This document shows positions 25,481 to 38,042 of a DNA stretch of 64,000 nt, piece after piece. Made by a program: the position numbers and the translations under genes. How positions within the stretch are numbered: the first letter of the stretch is position 1; each line of letters begins with the position of its first letter. This DNA comes from Pecten maximus. Taxonomy: Eukaryota. The stretch spans positions 15,996,001 through 16,060,000 of the forward strand of contig NC_047023.1 of the NCBI RefSeq assembly GCF_902652985.1. Reading direction: 5' to 3'. The notes beneath the pieces were generated by a model. The model ran no database searches and was not told the DNA's origin. It worked only from the letters and a program-made list of their open reading frames with translations.

Positions 25481-28400
25481 CTTGATTGTACTGTTTCCTG
25501 TGGACAAATAGATATCAGTCAGACATTCCATAAATTCCACCTCTGTTTACAGCCTAAACGCACGAAGCTGATAAGGAATTATAAGTCTTAGCGCGCGACT
25601 TTAGTGGTCCCCTACTTCTTTGGAAACAAAACTTTTTTTGTAGACTCCTCCACCTACTTATTCTGATGCAATACCATTTCTGGAGACACAGTCCCCTACT
25701 TCTTTCGACACAGTTCTATTTATGTAGACACAATCTACTTATTTAGATACAACGTTTTTTCTATAGAAACAGTCCCTTACTTTTTAAGATACAATACTAC
25801 TCTGTAGAAACAGTCCCCTACTTCTTTAGATGCAATGCTATTTCTTTAGATACAAACCCCTATTTTTTTTTAGATCAGATACTATTTCTATAGAAACAGT
25901 CCCTTACTTTTTAAGATACAATACTACTCTGTAGAAACAGTCCCCTACTTCATTAGATGCAATGCTATTTCTTTAGATACAAACCCCTATTTTTTTAGAT
26001 AAAATACTATTTCTGTAGAAACAGTCCCTTACATTTCTAAATACAATAATATTTTGGTAGACACTGCCCCCTTTTACTTAGATACAGTATTTTCCGGTAG
26101 ACACTTCCCCTACCTATGTTGAGATATATTCATTTCGGTACATATATTCTTTTGTGTTAGACCATACCTAGACTTATAATAATATAAGCTATGATGTCAT
26201 GCAAATTCTTTACACACATTGCTACTGCAGAATATTTCCACTGTGTGTTCTCTATATGAAGGTACTAACAAAATTAGCGTTCATTCCTAGGTGAACAATT
26301 AACCTGCCACGTATGAATACATACAGTACATTGTTGACGGTGCCACGTAGAATGCAGAAGTGTGAATATAAAATCGCGTTTGATTACACATGAAATAATG
26401 TTTTATCAACTTTAAAACTTGTTAATAATTGTAAAATTGAAGACAACATTTCAATATTTTTCTTTCATGATGATTAAAATAATGAATTTGTGTGGAACTA
26501 TATTTTGTGTACTTGTGTACTTGATTACCTTTCCCGCCAAATTGGAACTATCTGTTACGCTGTTACATCGATCATTCAGCTGTTTCGTCACTACGTATAA
26601 CGAACGTAGAATACTGTTTCTTATGATTTTTTTCAAAGATTACGTTGAAAAATAGTTTTGAAATGTAAATATAAGAAATAATTGTTATTTTTTGTTGTTC
26701 ACTGGTGTATGAACGGCATTTTTTGACAGATATTTCAACATGACGCGCGTTACTTAACACACAGCCATTAAAAATATCTTAAGAGTCTTTCTGCTTCTAT
26801 GGACACAATATTATTTCTCAATACACATTGCTGTTTTTGAAGATTCACAGCCAGTGAAAATATACCATCCACCATTAGCACCTGTCTATAAAGCCTAGTA
26901 ATTGATATAGATAGTTTACTAATGTCGATTAACATATCAATTAAAGTAGTGTCCTATTAGTTTAAATATTTGTTGAAATGGATCACATTTTATATACGTT
27001 TATACGTTAAGTACGTACGTATCCACAAAACTAATGACTGAATATTTTAGTAACGTGAACTTACCTTTGTCGTGTCGCCTGACCAACTACAGTTAAACTG
27101 CTATCTGCCGATATATTTATAAACCAGAGTGACAATGAATTCAGTCGAAGATCGATGTATACGTCAGTAGGTTAACATATTTATGCAATAATTATAAAGT
27201 TATTCACACTTTGTACGGCGACAATTTTATGGTGATATTTAAGAGTCACCTAATGAAATATAAAATGTGGTCTATGTGAGAGAGCTACATGAATATTTAA
27301 TTATGTATGTGTGTAGCTTCCTTTTGTTTCTATTCTCACCAGGGAACACATTTATATTGCAGTGTTAGATTAATTTGATATACCTTTCACTTTTCAGATT
27401 TTTATATTGTTGCATCTTAGCTTACCTTGTTTTGAGTTTTTATTTTGCCTTTCTTTGTTGTGCGCCAGTGTCCAAACTTCAGTCATGCGATTATACTTCC
27501 CTGTCCACCACCAACACTTATGTAATATGCTAGCTGTTTCCAATTGACTTTGCTAGGGAGTAAGTAACCACGGGAAAGACACACTACTTCTAAGGATTTG
27601 TTTAGGGAGTGCGTAACCAGATAAAATTCTAGCTGCGTTCTATAGACTGATGAAAATATCTCACTTTTTAGACGAGCGTTACAACTCTAAGCGAATGTTC
27701 ATTAGTTCGGTCTTAGGCGGAGGTCCTGAAATCCATAGCCCCACACCCCAACCCCCACATCCTCATATTACTATTATCCTTATTACCTCTTCATCTAAGG
27801 ATATCAGATTATATGTTTACCTCTATTTCCCCCTCTTCAGCTAGATAAAAATCCCTTCATGGGACCAACAGAAAAATAATTTATAGTTTATAGTCTGGCA
27901 TTCTATCCCAAAGAAATTGTTGGATATACACATCGTTAATACAAAATCAATTCCTCTTAATTCAAGTGCTATCCAGATCAAATTTGGTTTGCAGACAGAT
28001 GGGCGATGGGCGATAGGTAGACATAAATTTGTAGGAAGAAGTTGGTTTTTTCTTCAGAGAAAGGTTACGAATTTTGAATTACCATGTTGTATCTGTACCT
28101 GATGATGAAGTGCCATATGCCTACTACACACGTCTCATTACATTAATTGATAAGCATTTTTACAAAAAAGTAATTTCACTTGTCTTGTTTGAGGTTTCCC
28201 ACCCACTACTGTTAATCAAAATCAGCCGATAGCTTTATAAACCGATATGACAAGGAGAAGATCGATGTGAATGTCAGTTGATTAATATGTACCAGTATCA
28301 TTAATGAAATAATTCACGTTTTAACTTCGGAAACGATTTTATATTGATTTTTATCGTCATTATGCAGTTTAAGATATAGCCGTGCGTTATGGAGATACAT

Positions 28401-28969
28401 ACTAATTGATAGCGATATACACATTTACATCACCACGTGGCGTGAATTAAATATGTCCTTCACCTGACATTTCCATTACATGGATTTCATTTGACTTTTT
28501 CCTCTTTCTTATACAATACTTAGTGAGTTTTGGTCGGTAAAAGCCTATCTTCCTCTAACACCCCCTAACCCCGTATGTCCTTCGTCTACATCGAGAATAT
28601 GGTACATTGGATCCATTCCTTTCATCACATAACTGTAAACCTTATATTAACTAACAGTTGAATCTGTATCACGTGATTCCGTTATCATAACGAATTAAAT
28701 GACAGTTACAAAGACATAATGATTTTGATTTACACATGTTTTATTATCTAAAATGACAAATGGATGAGAGACAAGCTCTTACAACTTACAACCACTTTTA
28801 TGTCCTTCTCATGAATACAACATGTACATTTAAATTTAGAATTTATAATGTTACTAAGTGAAAATAACATGTATTTTGCTTCAATCAAATTTTTGTATTA
28901 GCTTAAAGAGGAGAAAATGGAATACAGAAGGTAGATACAGAGGAGCCAAGTGCAAATTAGAGTTTAACA

Positions 28970-29490
28970 TACAGCTTTTTCGTCGTTATATGTCTCATCA
29001 GTGATGTTAAGGACATCATGCAGCTGTTTCGTTATTTTAGGCCTCGTCAGTGATGTTAAGGACATCATACATCTGTTCTGTCGTTTTAAGCCTCGTCAGT
29101 GATGTTAAGGACATCATACAGCGGTTTCGTCGTTTAGGCCTGGTCAGTGATGTTAAGGACATCATACAGCTGTTTTGTCCTTCCAGAACTCGTCAGTGAT
29201 GTCAGGGACATCATGCAGCTGTTTCGTCCTTCTTGGACCCATCAGTGATATTAGGGATACCATGCAGCTGTTTCGTCCTTCCAGAACTCGTCAGTGATGT
29301 TAAGGACATCATACAGCTGTTTCGTCATTCTAGACCTCGTCAGTGATGTTAGGGACATCATACAGCTGTTTCGTCGTTTTAAGCCTCGTCAGTGATGTTA
29401 AGGACATCATACAGCGGTTTCGTCGTTTAGGCCTCGTCAGTGAGGTTAAGGACATCATACATTTAGGCCTCGTCAGTGATGGTAAGGACC
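28970..29490. repeat. 49 bp tandem satellite, ~10 units (CAGCTGTTTCGTCGTTTTAGGCCTCGTCAGTGATGTTAAGGACATCATA)
   Basis: Head-to-tail units with internal TGATGT-N5-ACATCA palindrome. Confidence 0.92.
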
Positions 29491-30090
29491 TAAAGTTTTG
29501 ATACTTTGGCAGCAGCGACTGAAGGAGCTCAAGGTAAGTTGAGAGAAATGTCAAAACCTGGATGGGGAGATGTAGAAAAAGGTCCATAACTCAATACAGT
29601 TCATAACTTAAATTATTGAAATTTGAAATAAAGCTAAGTACATACGCATATTCTACACAGTTGCTGCTCAAATTAATTTAAATACATTGCAAAATCAGAT
29701 TGTCTTGTCACCCGAACTAATCCCACAAAAGTACTAGCTAATTAACATGCAAGCTTCAAAAAAAATCTTTGCAAACCACAATGTTTTGATCGCTTAGCTA
29801 TCGACTTAAAATTTACAAAATGATGTACAGTTGTAAAGGCTGTATACTCCAAAAGCGTGGATTTTGAAGAAATCCAAAGATTCTTTTTAATACATTTTGA
29901 GCATCTGCTCTGAAAACGTCCTTGACTTTTCCAAGCAGAAGAGACGCATTCGTTCGAGTTTAATGATATTATTAACTTCTGGTTTGCAATATTGGTCTTG
30001 AGTTTGGTGTCAAGATCTTCTATCGACCTACCTAAAGAAATAACCTAGGTGATTTTCTTGGCCAACATACCAGAGGAAGTATTCAAAGAG

Positions 30091-33000
30091 CCTATCCGAA
30101 CCACAGGCGCTTTGCATAGAAAATGTTATGTTCAATTATTTTTTTTTTATTTGACAGTGGTATGTGTAATATGTTAAGCTCAAGGCCGGAAATTCCGCCA
30201 CGAGCGAAACGGCAGACCACTACACTTCAATCGACTAAAAAACACATTTATTCAAACTGACACGGCGCACACTATATGTGACCGTCATCAGAAAACATTC
30301 ATCTTTAACCTATCGTGCCACTCAATACGAATTGTTACATCCAAAACACAATAATCCGTGAAAACATCGCCGAATTCCTCGCTCAGAATGCCATTTTTCA
30401 AACGGCTCCCTCAGCCTGTCCAGATTCTTCATTTACATACGGGGCTCAAAGGTCATGCGAATATATGATCGTCAGTCGTCAGGTGTACTTTTGGGGGTCA
30501 TCTCTGCATGCATTTTGTCCGGAAAATGCTTCGGCTCGCTGAAGAGTTTCGTCTAATTTACGATTATTTATTAAATTGTTTATTAAAGTTTCGTCAATGA
30601 ACGATGATTCATAATCATAAATTATTCATTATTTTGAACGTTAGAGTACCATGCACCGTATATGACAGTACACAGCAAGCGCTGATCCAGGAATTGGAAA
30701 GGCGGGGGGGGGGGGGGGGGGGGGGGGTTCCAGTAATTTAGTGGTTATGCGAGCGCCTATAGGCGGGAGCCGATCTTTTTTTGGCGAGGGGTCTGGGGGC
30801 CAAAATTTCGGAACAAAATTTCCAAAAAATGAAATGATCAAATGATTATAGGAAATTTTGCAATCTTTCGAGAATAAGATTTTCGATAAATGGAAGGGGG
30901 GGGGGGGGCATAAATTGATTCACACAGAACGTCACTATCGTATCGTTTTCTAAATAATGAACGGCTTTTAAGGCTATAAACAATTTTTCCTCATCCGAAA
31001 AGGGGGGGGGGGATCCTGACCCCCTGGACCCCTCCCTCCCCCTCTGAATCCGCTAGTACACAGGAAAAGCAAAAGAAGTCAAGAATAACTAATCTGCAAT
31101 CACATTCACGTAGTAGGCCTAGACATTTTATACTTAAAATTAAAAAAAAAGGTAACAGGGAAATTGATTCGCATACTTTTGTCACAAAGGTAGAACAAAA
31201 TGCTTATTTATTGAGTTACTTTTGTTAGTTTACTGAAATCTGGACGAACAAAAAGAAAAGTGAATCACGAATAAGACTGTCATCAGGTTACTGGAACGTA
31301 TACATGTGTACCAACACTACTTACTTCAGACCTGTTCATTTATTTCTGCACATGTCGTCGTCAAATACGAAAATCATACTTCAGACCTGCCAAACGATTT
31401 GTACGTTGTGATCGATGATCCATCATCAATTTATTTTCATTTCCCACAATGTTAGATTTAATGTTTGCCAGAAGTTCTTCGAGTTCAATCCAAATTTTAT
31501 GAGTACATACAAGACTTGCCTATAGATCTATCACTGTATGATTATCGAAATATTGAGGAGGAGTTCCTTTAGTCATTTTGTTTTAAACCCCTTTTTATTC
31601 CAATTTTCGAAACAGAATTACTTTCTTACTTGATTTCGATTTTAATACACTTGATATCAGTTTGCCCCTTAGTGTCTACAATCGGGGGGGGGGGGGGGGG
31701 GGGGGGACAGGATTTTCAATAATAATTAAATAAGTATTTATATAATAATCCAAATTTTTATGTTAATGACCGTAGCGACTAAACAACAACTGTGCTGAAT
31801 ACATAATGGCACAATTAGATGATCTGACCTCACGGGTACATTGTACGATGTTTACTTGCCGAAATATACGCATTTTAATTTCAATCCAAACCGCCTAACA
31901 GCTTCAGGTCGCCATCTTTGCTCAAATCAAAGCATCTGTGCGTTTGAAAGAGTCAGTACTGCAAAGCTTCTAAACGATCTTATGATGCAAATTTTAAGAT
32001 AATAATAGAAACGAAATATGGATTTTAAAATGATTTGATTTCAATTACTTGTGCTTTAGGTTAGCAAATCGTAGCAACTATTTACAACGAAAATTTAATG
32101 TTGCACTAAATACTGATCACAATATTTTTATTTTGTCATTTTTTATTCATTTCATTTCATTTCATTTCATTTCATTATGAGTGTAATTTAGATTTCCCAA
32201 TAAATTCGCGGGAAATGAATTTGATGACGTAACCGGAAGCTCACATGCTATTAGAACGTGACCCGGAAAACATGACGATAATAAAAACAGAAGTTCTTGA
32301 ACATTACCGGATTATTTTCACATTTTTTTGAGACACCAATGTGCTAAAATACAACGGAAAGTAACACTGATTATGTTCATAGCTATCGTATCAAGTAAAA
32401 CGAACAGTTATTGCGAAAATAGCAGTATTTGCTTCACCCAGAGTCTCTGCTTCACCTAGGCTAGACCTACTTTCGTTTTCCAGTTTACAGTTATGGTCAT
32501 ATTAAATAATTCATCTTCTCAACCATGGTCGATCTTATCCGCGAGATTTTTCTATTTAGAATATTTGTACTTCTCATGTACAGTGCTTCTTTGTTTAAAA
32601 TAGACTGGTCTGCAGGTCTGATCTGACTCCCTCAGCTGACCCTGATTATGACCATAGGGCCACCTCATAATAAATGTATCAACGGCAGACTCGTCTGGAT
32701 TACTACAACTTTTACCTTTTAAATACTTTAATATATAAATACTTATTACCGGTTAGCTTGTAATAATAATAATAATAATAAAACTTTATTTCACGAGGGT
32801 TACATATTTAGTACTGTACTAATCTTACATATGGCCCTCACCTAAAACATGAAGAAAACAAAAACATTCATTTTGACAGCAATACAAACATCGTAACTTT
32901 TTTGTCAATATTTCCTTCACACATTCACTCACTCACACAGACACGTCTAATTAAAAATCAAAACATATTAACAATTATTTGTTAATCATTTACAAAAATA

Positions 33001-34166
33001 CTAGAGCGACAGTAGCATAGTGTTTTTTAACGTTCTTTTTGAAGACAAATAGTGATGTCACACTATTGGCAATTAGGGGGCGTGCGAAATTAAAGGGGGG
33101 GGGGGGGGGGGGTGTCCGCGGGTACTCCACCTGAAAAAAAATAGCAGGTAAATGCAAAATCCTGCATTCTAGTGTATTTCACGATATATGCATACCTGGT
33201 GTATTTTTAAAAAAAAACAAGTATATGAGAGATGTTTTTTAACGATTTTATATTATTATTTCGCTGATTGATACGGGAATTCGTTTTTTAAGATACCCTT
33301 ACTTTGACAATTTTAGGGGGAGGCTTTAAAATCCGCCAGTGACAATGTCAAATAGTTTAACACATTGTAAAGTATTCTTTGTAATACTGATTATCCATTA
33401 ATTCCACTTTACATCACTCGCATATATGAAATTTAAGTTATTGATGAATTACCTGATTAATGGAGTGTGTAAGCATCACATGCTACTCTAATAATAAATA
33501 AGCTAGCTGAAGCGCTTACAGAATTTCAACTGATACTGCTTGTTCACAGTATACGTATAATGTCCCGGCCCTGTCTTGAACAAGTTATTGAGCACCGTTA
33601 TATGCAATTTTTTTTATTGAAAACGAAGTTCAACAATTACCGAAATGATGCAGTTGAAGAAAAGAAAAGGACGATCTCATCACTGCATGGCATTAAAACA
33701 TTTTATCTTATTAGTCCGTGATATCGCAAACGACGTCCTGTGCATGCAACTGTAAAATAAAGTATGCCGAGATGAACCCAAAAAGTGCACCTGGTGACAG
33801 TCGATTATATAATCGCTTGACCTTTCAACCCCGTATGTAAATGAAGAATCTGGCCAGGCTGAGGGAGCCGTTTGAAAAATGGCGTTCTGAGTGACGAATT
33901 CGGCGATGTTTTCACGGATTGTTGCGCTTTGGATGTAACAATTCGTATTGAGTGACACGGTAGGTTAAAGATGAATGTTTTCTGATGACGGTGGCATATA
34001 GTGTGCACCGTGTCAGTTTGAATAAATGTGTTTTTTAGTCGATTGAAGTGAGATGGGGTGCCGTTTCGCTTGTTTCGGGCCTTCTGTATTACACAGTACA
34101 CATACCACTGATATCATTTTTTTTTTAATTCTCATTTTCTATGCAAGCGCCTGTGATCCGAACAGG
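30091..34166. mobile_element. Putative ~4.1 kb non-autonomous DNA transposon with ~410 bp inverted termini (30091-30509; 33764-34166) and nested poly-G MITE-like fragments
   Basis: Termini are diverged reverse complements (ORFs 30315..30542+ and 33680..33958- are homologous); no transposase ORF, no clear TSD. Confidence 0.65.
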
Positions 34167-36051
34167 TCATAAACACCTTTATTTAATATGTGTAGCCTGT
34201 AGATAACAGGACGTGTATCAACCATATAATAACAGCTATGTTTACATCACCGCCACACCTTTACCTTTTTGTCAGTCCCGATGTTTATCGTTACCTGCTG
34301 GTCATGTCGTTTTAATTCATGATTTTGAATAGTGACACGGTTCAGTTTTACTTTTTTTTTCAATATTGAAAATTATAAAAATTATCTAAGTTCATTGACA
34401 TGTGTCCGAATGGTGCAGTTTAATTCATTCCAGCTCTACTGTATCTGCCACTTAATTTGTTTCGAATGGTGTTAATACCATGTGTCTTGCGTACAATGCT
34501 TTACATTGTTACCGATACGGAGAGTTAAAAATAAAGTTACATGCTAAGCGTTACGAATTTCCTATTCTTAAATATTCATTTCCAGATAATAACATCTTTG
34601 TTTCTCAAACTAACAGTGTTTAAGACCCTAATTGTTTATGTATCTATTTGCGTGTTACTGACGCCATGTGCGTGATAAATATCGATCGAATATTGACGTG
34701 AAAAATAGAGCACGTGGTTTTGGGAGGTCCGGTGCAGTATAACTTTTGACATTTTAAGATGGCAATGACTTGTGGGGTCTCCACCGCGGTACTCATTTTG
34801 AGAAAGTGACATTACATGGAACGGGATGTCAAATATCTTCGTTAAATCTTCATATCTTCCCCAAGTTTAGAGGTAGAGTTACGGTTTAGGTCACCTGCCA
34901 CTATTCTCTCAATGCTTATAACAGTACATATTCCTGTAGGTATGAATGCGTCTTATTATGGATAATTTGTTTAAAGTCCAAGACAATTTTACGTGAAATA
35001 AATTGTATTAACCATTTGTTTTATCCTACTTAAATACAAATGCGATATATTTCAGAATTTTGCTATTCGCTATTGTATAGATGTGAAGAATTCTTCTTAT
35101 TATCTAAACTTGAAATCATGAAAAGTTCTACCATCATACCGCACCATTATGTTTTAGGTGACAAATCCCAGCTTCATTGTTTTAATAAGTTAAAGTGTGG
35201 CATAATTTATGCATTAAATTTAGTTTCTGCATTAAATTGATCGATATGAATGTGTCTCGTTTACTGCGTTTGAATACCAGTCAACCAGTTCATTTATACC
35301 ACGGATTACAGTCAAAGATCGATGTGTGTTAACTTATGTTTGTAATTTTTGACGGATTGGGCGGCGAGGATTTTTATTGTCCCTAATTTAGAAATGATGT
35401 GAAAGTTATGCACGCCTGTATAGGATGATGAGTTTTACTGCGTTTCGTCGGGTTTTTTTTAATTACGCTTCAAAACACATTTACCTCACCGCGTGACATA
35501 TATTTGATTTTCCTTTACTATACATGTGCTTTTTGATTTCCGAATTTATCATTCTTTTTATCATGCACTTCCGACTGACATGAAAAATGCTACATACCAA
35601 TGTATTAAATGTCACCCATGATAAAAAAAAGTATCGTTATTGATATACAAATACAAACTCAATAAATACTTCTCAGGCCAAAAACTACATAATTTATAAA
35701 GAGGTGTAGTTCAATGTAATTTTTTCGGGATGTAAAATTGTTTATTCATTATAAATTTAAAAAAGTCCCTAACAGACGCTCAATTTTTGGAAGTGTTAAT
35801 GTAAATTATGTAACACGTTGTATTGCATAAAAATGCCCAACAGTCCATTCTCGTTGTCAGTCGAGCATAATTACTCATTTGTCATGAATGTCACATCTTT
35901 AATGTTTGCCTCCGTAATACATTATCACGTAGCCCGAGAGCTCCTATAAGTGTTTACCACTTGAATGTATATCCTCCATCTGACAAAATATAATGACCTT
36001 CATTTTTTTCTATTGTGTTCATTGTTAGACATAAATCTAGTGGCAAGTGAT

Positions 36052-36756
36052 CAGTTGAACCATAGGTGCTTAGCACCTTTATAAGTCCAAGACCGATTAT
36101 AGACTAATTTATAGAGAAAGGTCTGGAACTCCTCCGTCCTGGAAAAATTGGTCAATTGCATTCAAAGTGTCGTCAAAATTTTACCAGAAAAGATTTTTCA
36201 ATGGCGATAGTCTTAATCAAAAGTTAAGACAGTAACCTTTACATGACACCAATAAATCATAATTACATGTAAATAGTCTATTTCGTTCCTGCGCAGCTTC
36301 GAAACTCTGAAAAGTGATGAATTTTCTTTAGCCGGACACGATCGAGAACATTTTTTCAAACGAAAATGTCTATTCGCTACACAGAAAACGTGACGGTCTA
36401 CAATTACAGAGTTTGGTGGTCATAACAAACTTATTTACTTGTCTAACGCTTCATACCATTTCCCCTCTCGTGCTCCCCATGGTTGTTTTCTGCATTGACA
36501 GGTATCAGTGTCAAGTCGACGGCCATCTTGCTACTTGCCATTCAAGTTTTGTAAAACGAGATTCATTGGTCAGCTATTGGCAGTGACGTGATGGCCGTCG
36601 ACTTAACACTGATACCTGTCGATGCAGAAAACATAAAATGTTGACAATGAAATTGACCAATTATTGCAGGACGGAGGAGTTCCAGACCTTTCTCTATATA
36701 TTAGTCTATAATCGGTCATGGACTTATAAACGCGATAAGCACGTATGGTTGAACTG
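36052..36756. mobile_element. MITE ~705 bp with ~105 bp TIRs (CAGTTGAACCATA...TATGGTTGAACTG) and an internal ~42 bp-arm palindrome (~36486-36631)
   Basis: TIR match includes TATAGAGAAAGGTCTGGAACTCCTCCGTCCTG; no TSD seen. Confidence 0.8.
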
Positions 36757-37450
36757 TTTGTCTGATCATTCGTTCTATCTTTCTACTTATTCGTACGACC
36801 TCTTGGCTAGACTTTGAGTTTATCGCCGTGTCTCTTACACTGGACACTGGCTTTCGTCAGTCAGCAAACATCATGACGATGTTTATATTTCGTGAGGAGC
36901 AATCGGGAACCTTCGGCACTCTCCGTAAACGAGTAGACCATCTAGTCAGATTAGAAACATTTATTCGAGAAGCTTTCATGCATTAAACTGCTGTGCGTGA
37001 GAATCTCCCCAAATTCATTTCAAATTACATATCTGACAGATATCGGGCACACATATCCTACTCATTCGTTCCTTTAAAAAAGAGAAGATCAACCAGTATG
37101 CCATGCACTCAATTCACAGTGGGGCATTAATAGAATGTTCCGATTTAAGCACATCCGTGATATCTATTTCTGAGTCCCGGATATGAAAACTCTTTCAATT
37201 TCTTGGATTTGAAAGCACTATTTAGCTATTTGAAAGACGTTGATCTATTCTATATACTTTGATGTCCTTTTACCATACTATATTTGACTTTAATGTACAT
37301 ATCACAAAGTTCACATCAATTATTCGTTATATTTATCATTTAACCCCCTTTTTATTTTAATAATCTAAATATACAATACGAACGCTTTTAAAGATAAACA
37401 TTTTTATCTGATTTTAAACACAAATAAAATTATAGTTTATTGTTTGACCC

Positions 37451-37488
37451 TAAATGACCTTAGCTGTCGATGGGCCGTAAAACCCAAA
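37451..37488 (+). mobile_element. Possible SINE 3' tail fragment (AAATGACCTTAGCTGTCGATGGGCCGTAAAACC)
   Basis: Resembles mollusc SINE 3' ends from memory; short. Confidence 0.35.
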
Positions 37489-38042
37489 GAACTATTATAT
37501 CAAAAGTGACCAGTTTTTTTTTCTCTGGGCAGCTGCTGAATAAGCACTCTTGTTGTAACTTCCCATCGCTCTTCACCGCTTGAGTCATGTTCTGTTAGAT
37601 CTTTGTGACATTGCCAACACCATTCCTTCCCCCAAGGAGACATGTCGTTTAAGATTCTACATGTGGACTAAACTGGCATTTTATTTACTATAGCTCTTTA
37701 TATGTCGCAATTACAGTTCCTCTTTCAGAACGCATAAAGATCGCTTAATTTAGTCCATTACAGTCCTGACAATGATATGGGAGAAGGTAAGCTATAAAAC
37801 TAGAAACGCATAACCGCACGCCGAAGCTATCAAACTAAGATGACATTTGTAGTGCAAATTTTGAAACAACAAACATGTGTGTTAGATAGACGTTCCAGAA
37901 TATTAATTCCGAGCATTTGTTATGTAAATTCGAGCAAAATACAATGTAGCAGAATTTAGCTTGGATTACATGTTTTTCTTCATTAGATATTATATGGACA
38001 TCCTTCACAAGGAACAGGATCGTATGCATTTGATGATTTGAC

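Larger units (their letters stand above)
10263..27737 (+). repeat. Recent tandem segmental duplication: unit A 10263-18272, 5-nt filler, unit B 18278-27737
   Basis: Near-identical colinear sequence; both units start TCACATTGTATATAAAA and end GTCCTGAAATCCATA; unit B has an extra ~1.45 kb (22765-24211). Confidence 0.93.

Noticed and set aside
28970-29490. CRISPR-like array (palindromic repeats)
   Set aside because: Units are head-to-tail with no unique spacers, no cas genes, eukaryotic context; it is a satellite.
30315-33958. Pair of homologous ORFs MPLNTNCYIQ/MSLNTNCYIQ as genes
   Set aside because: They lie inside inverted repeat arms; homology extends equally outside the ORFs and the ends differ.
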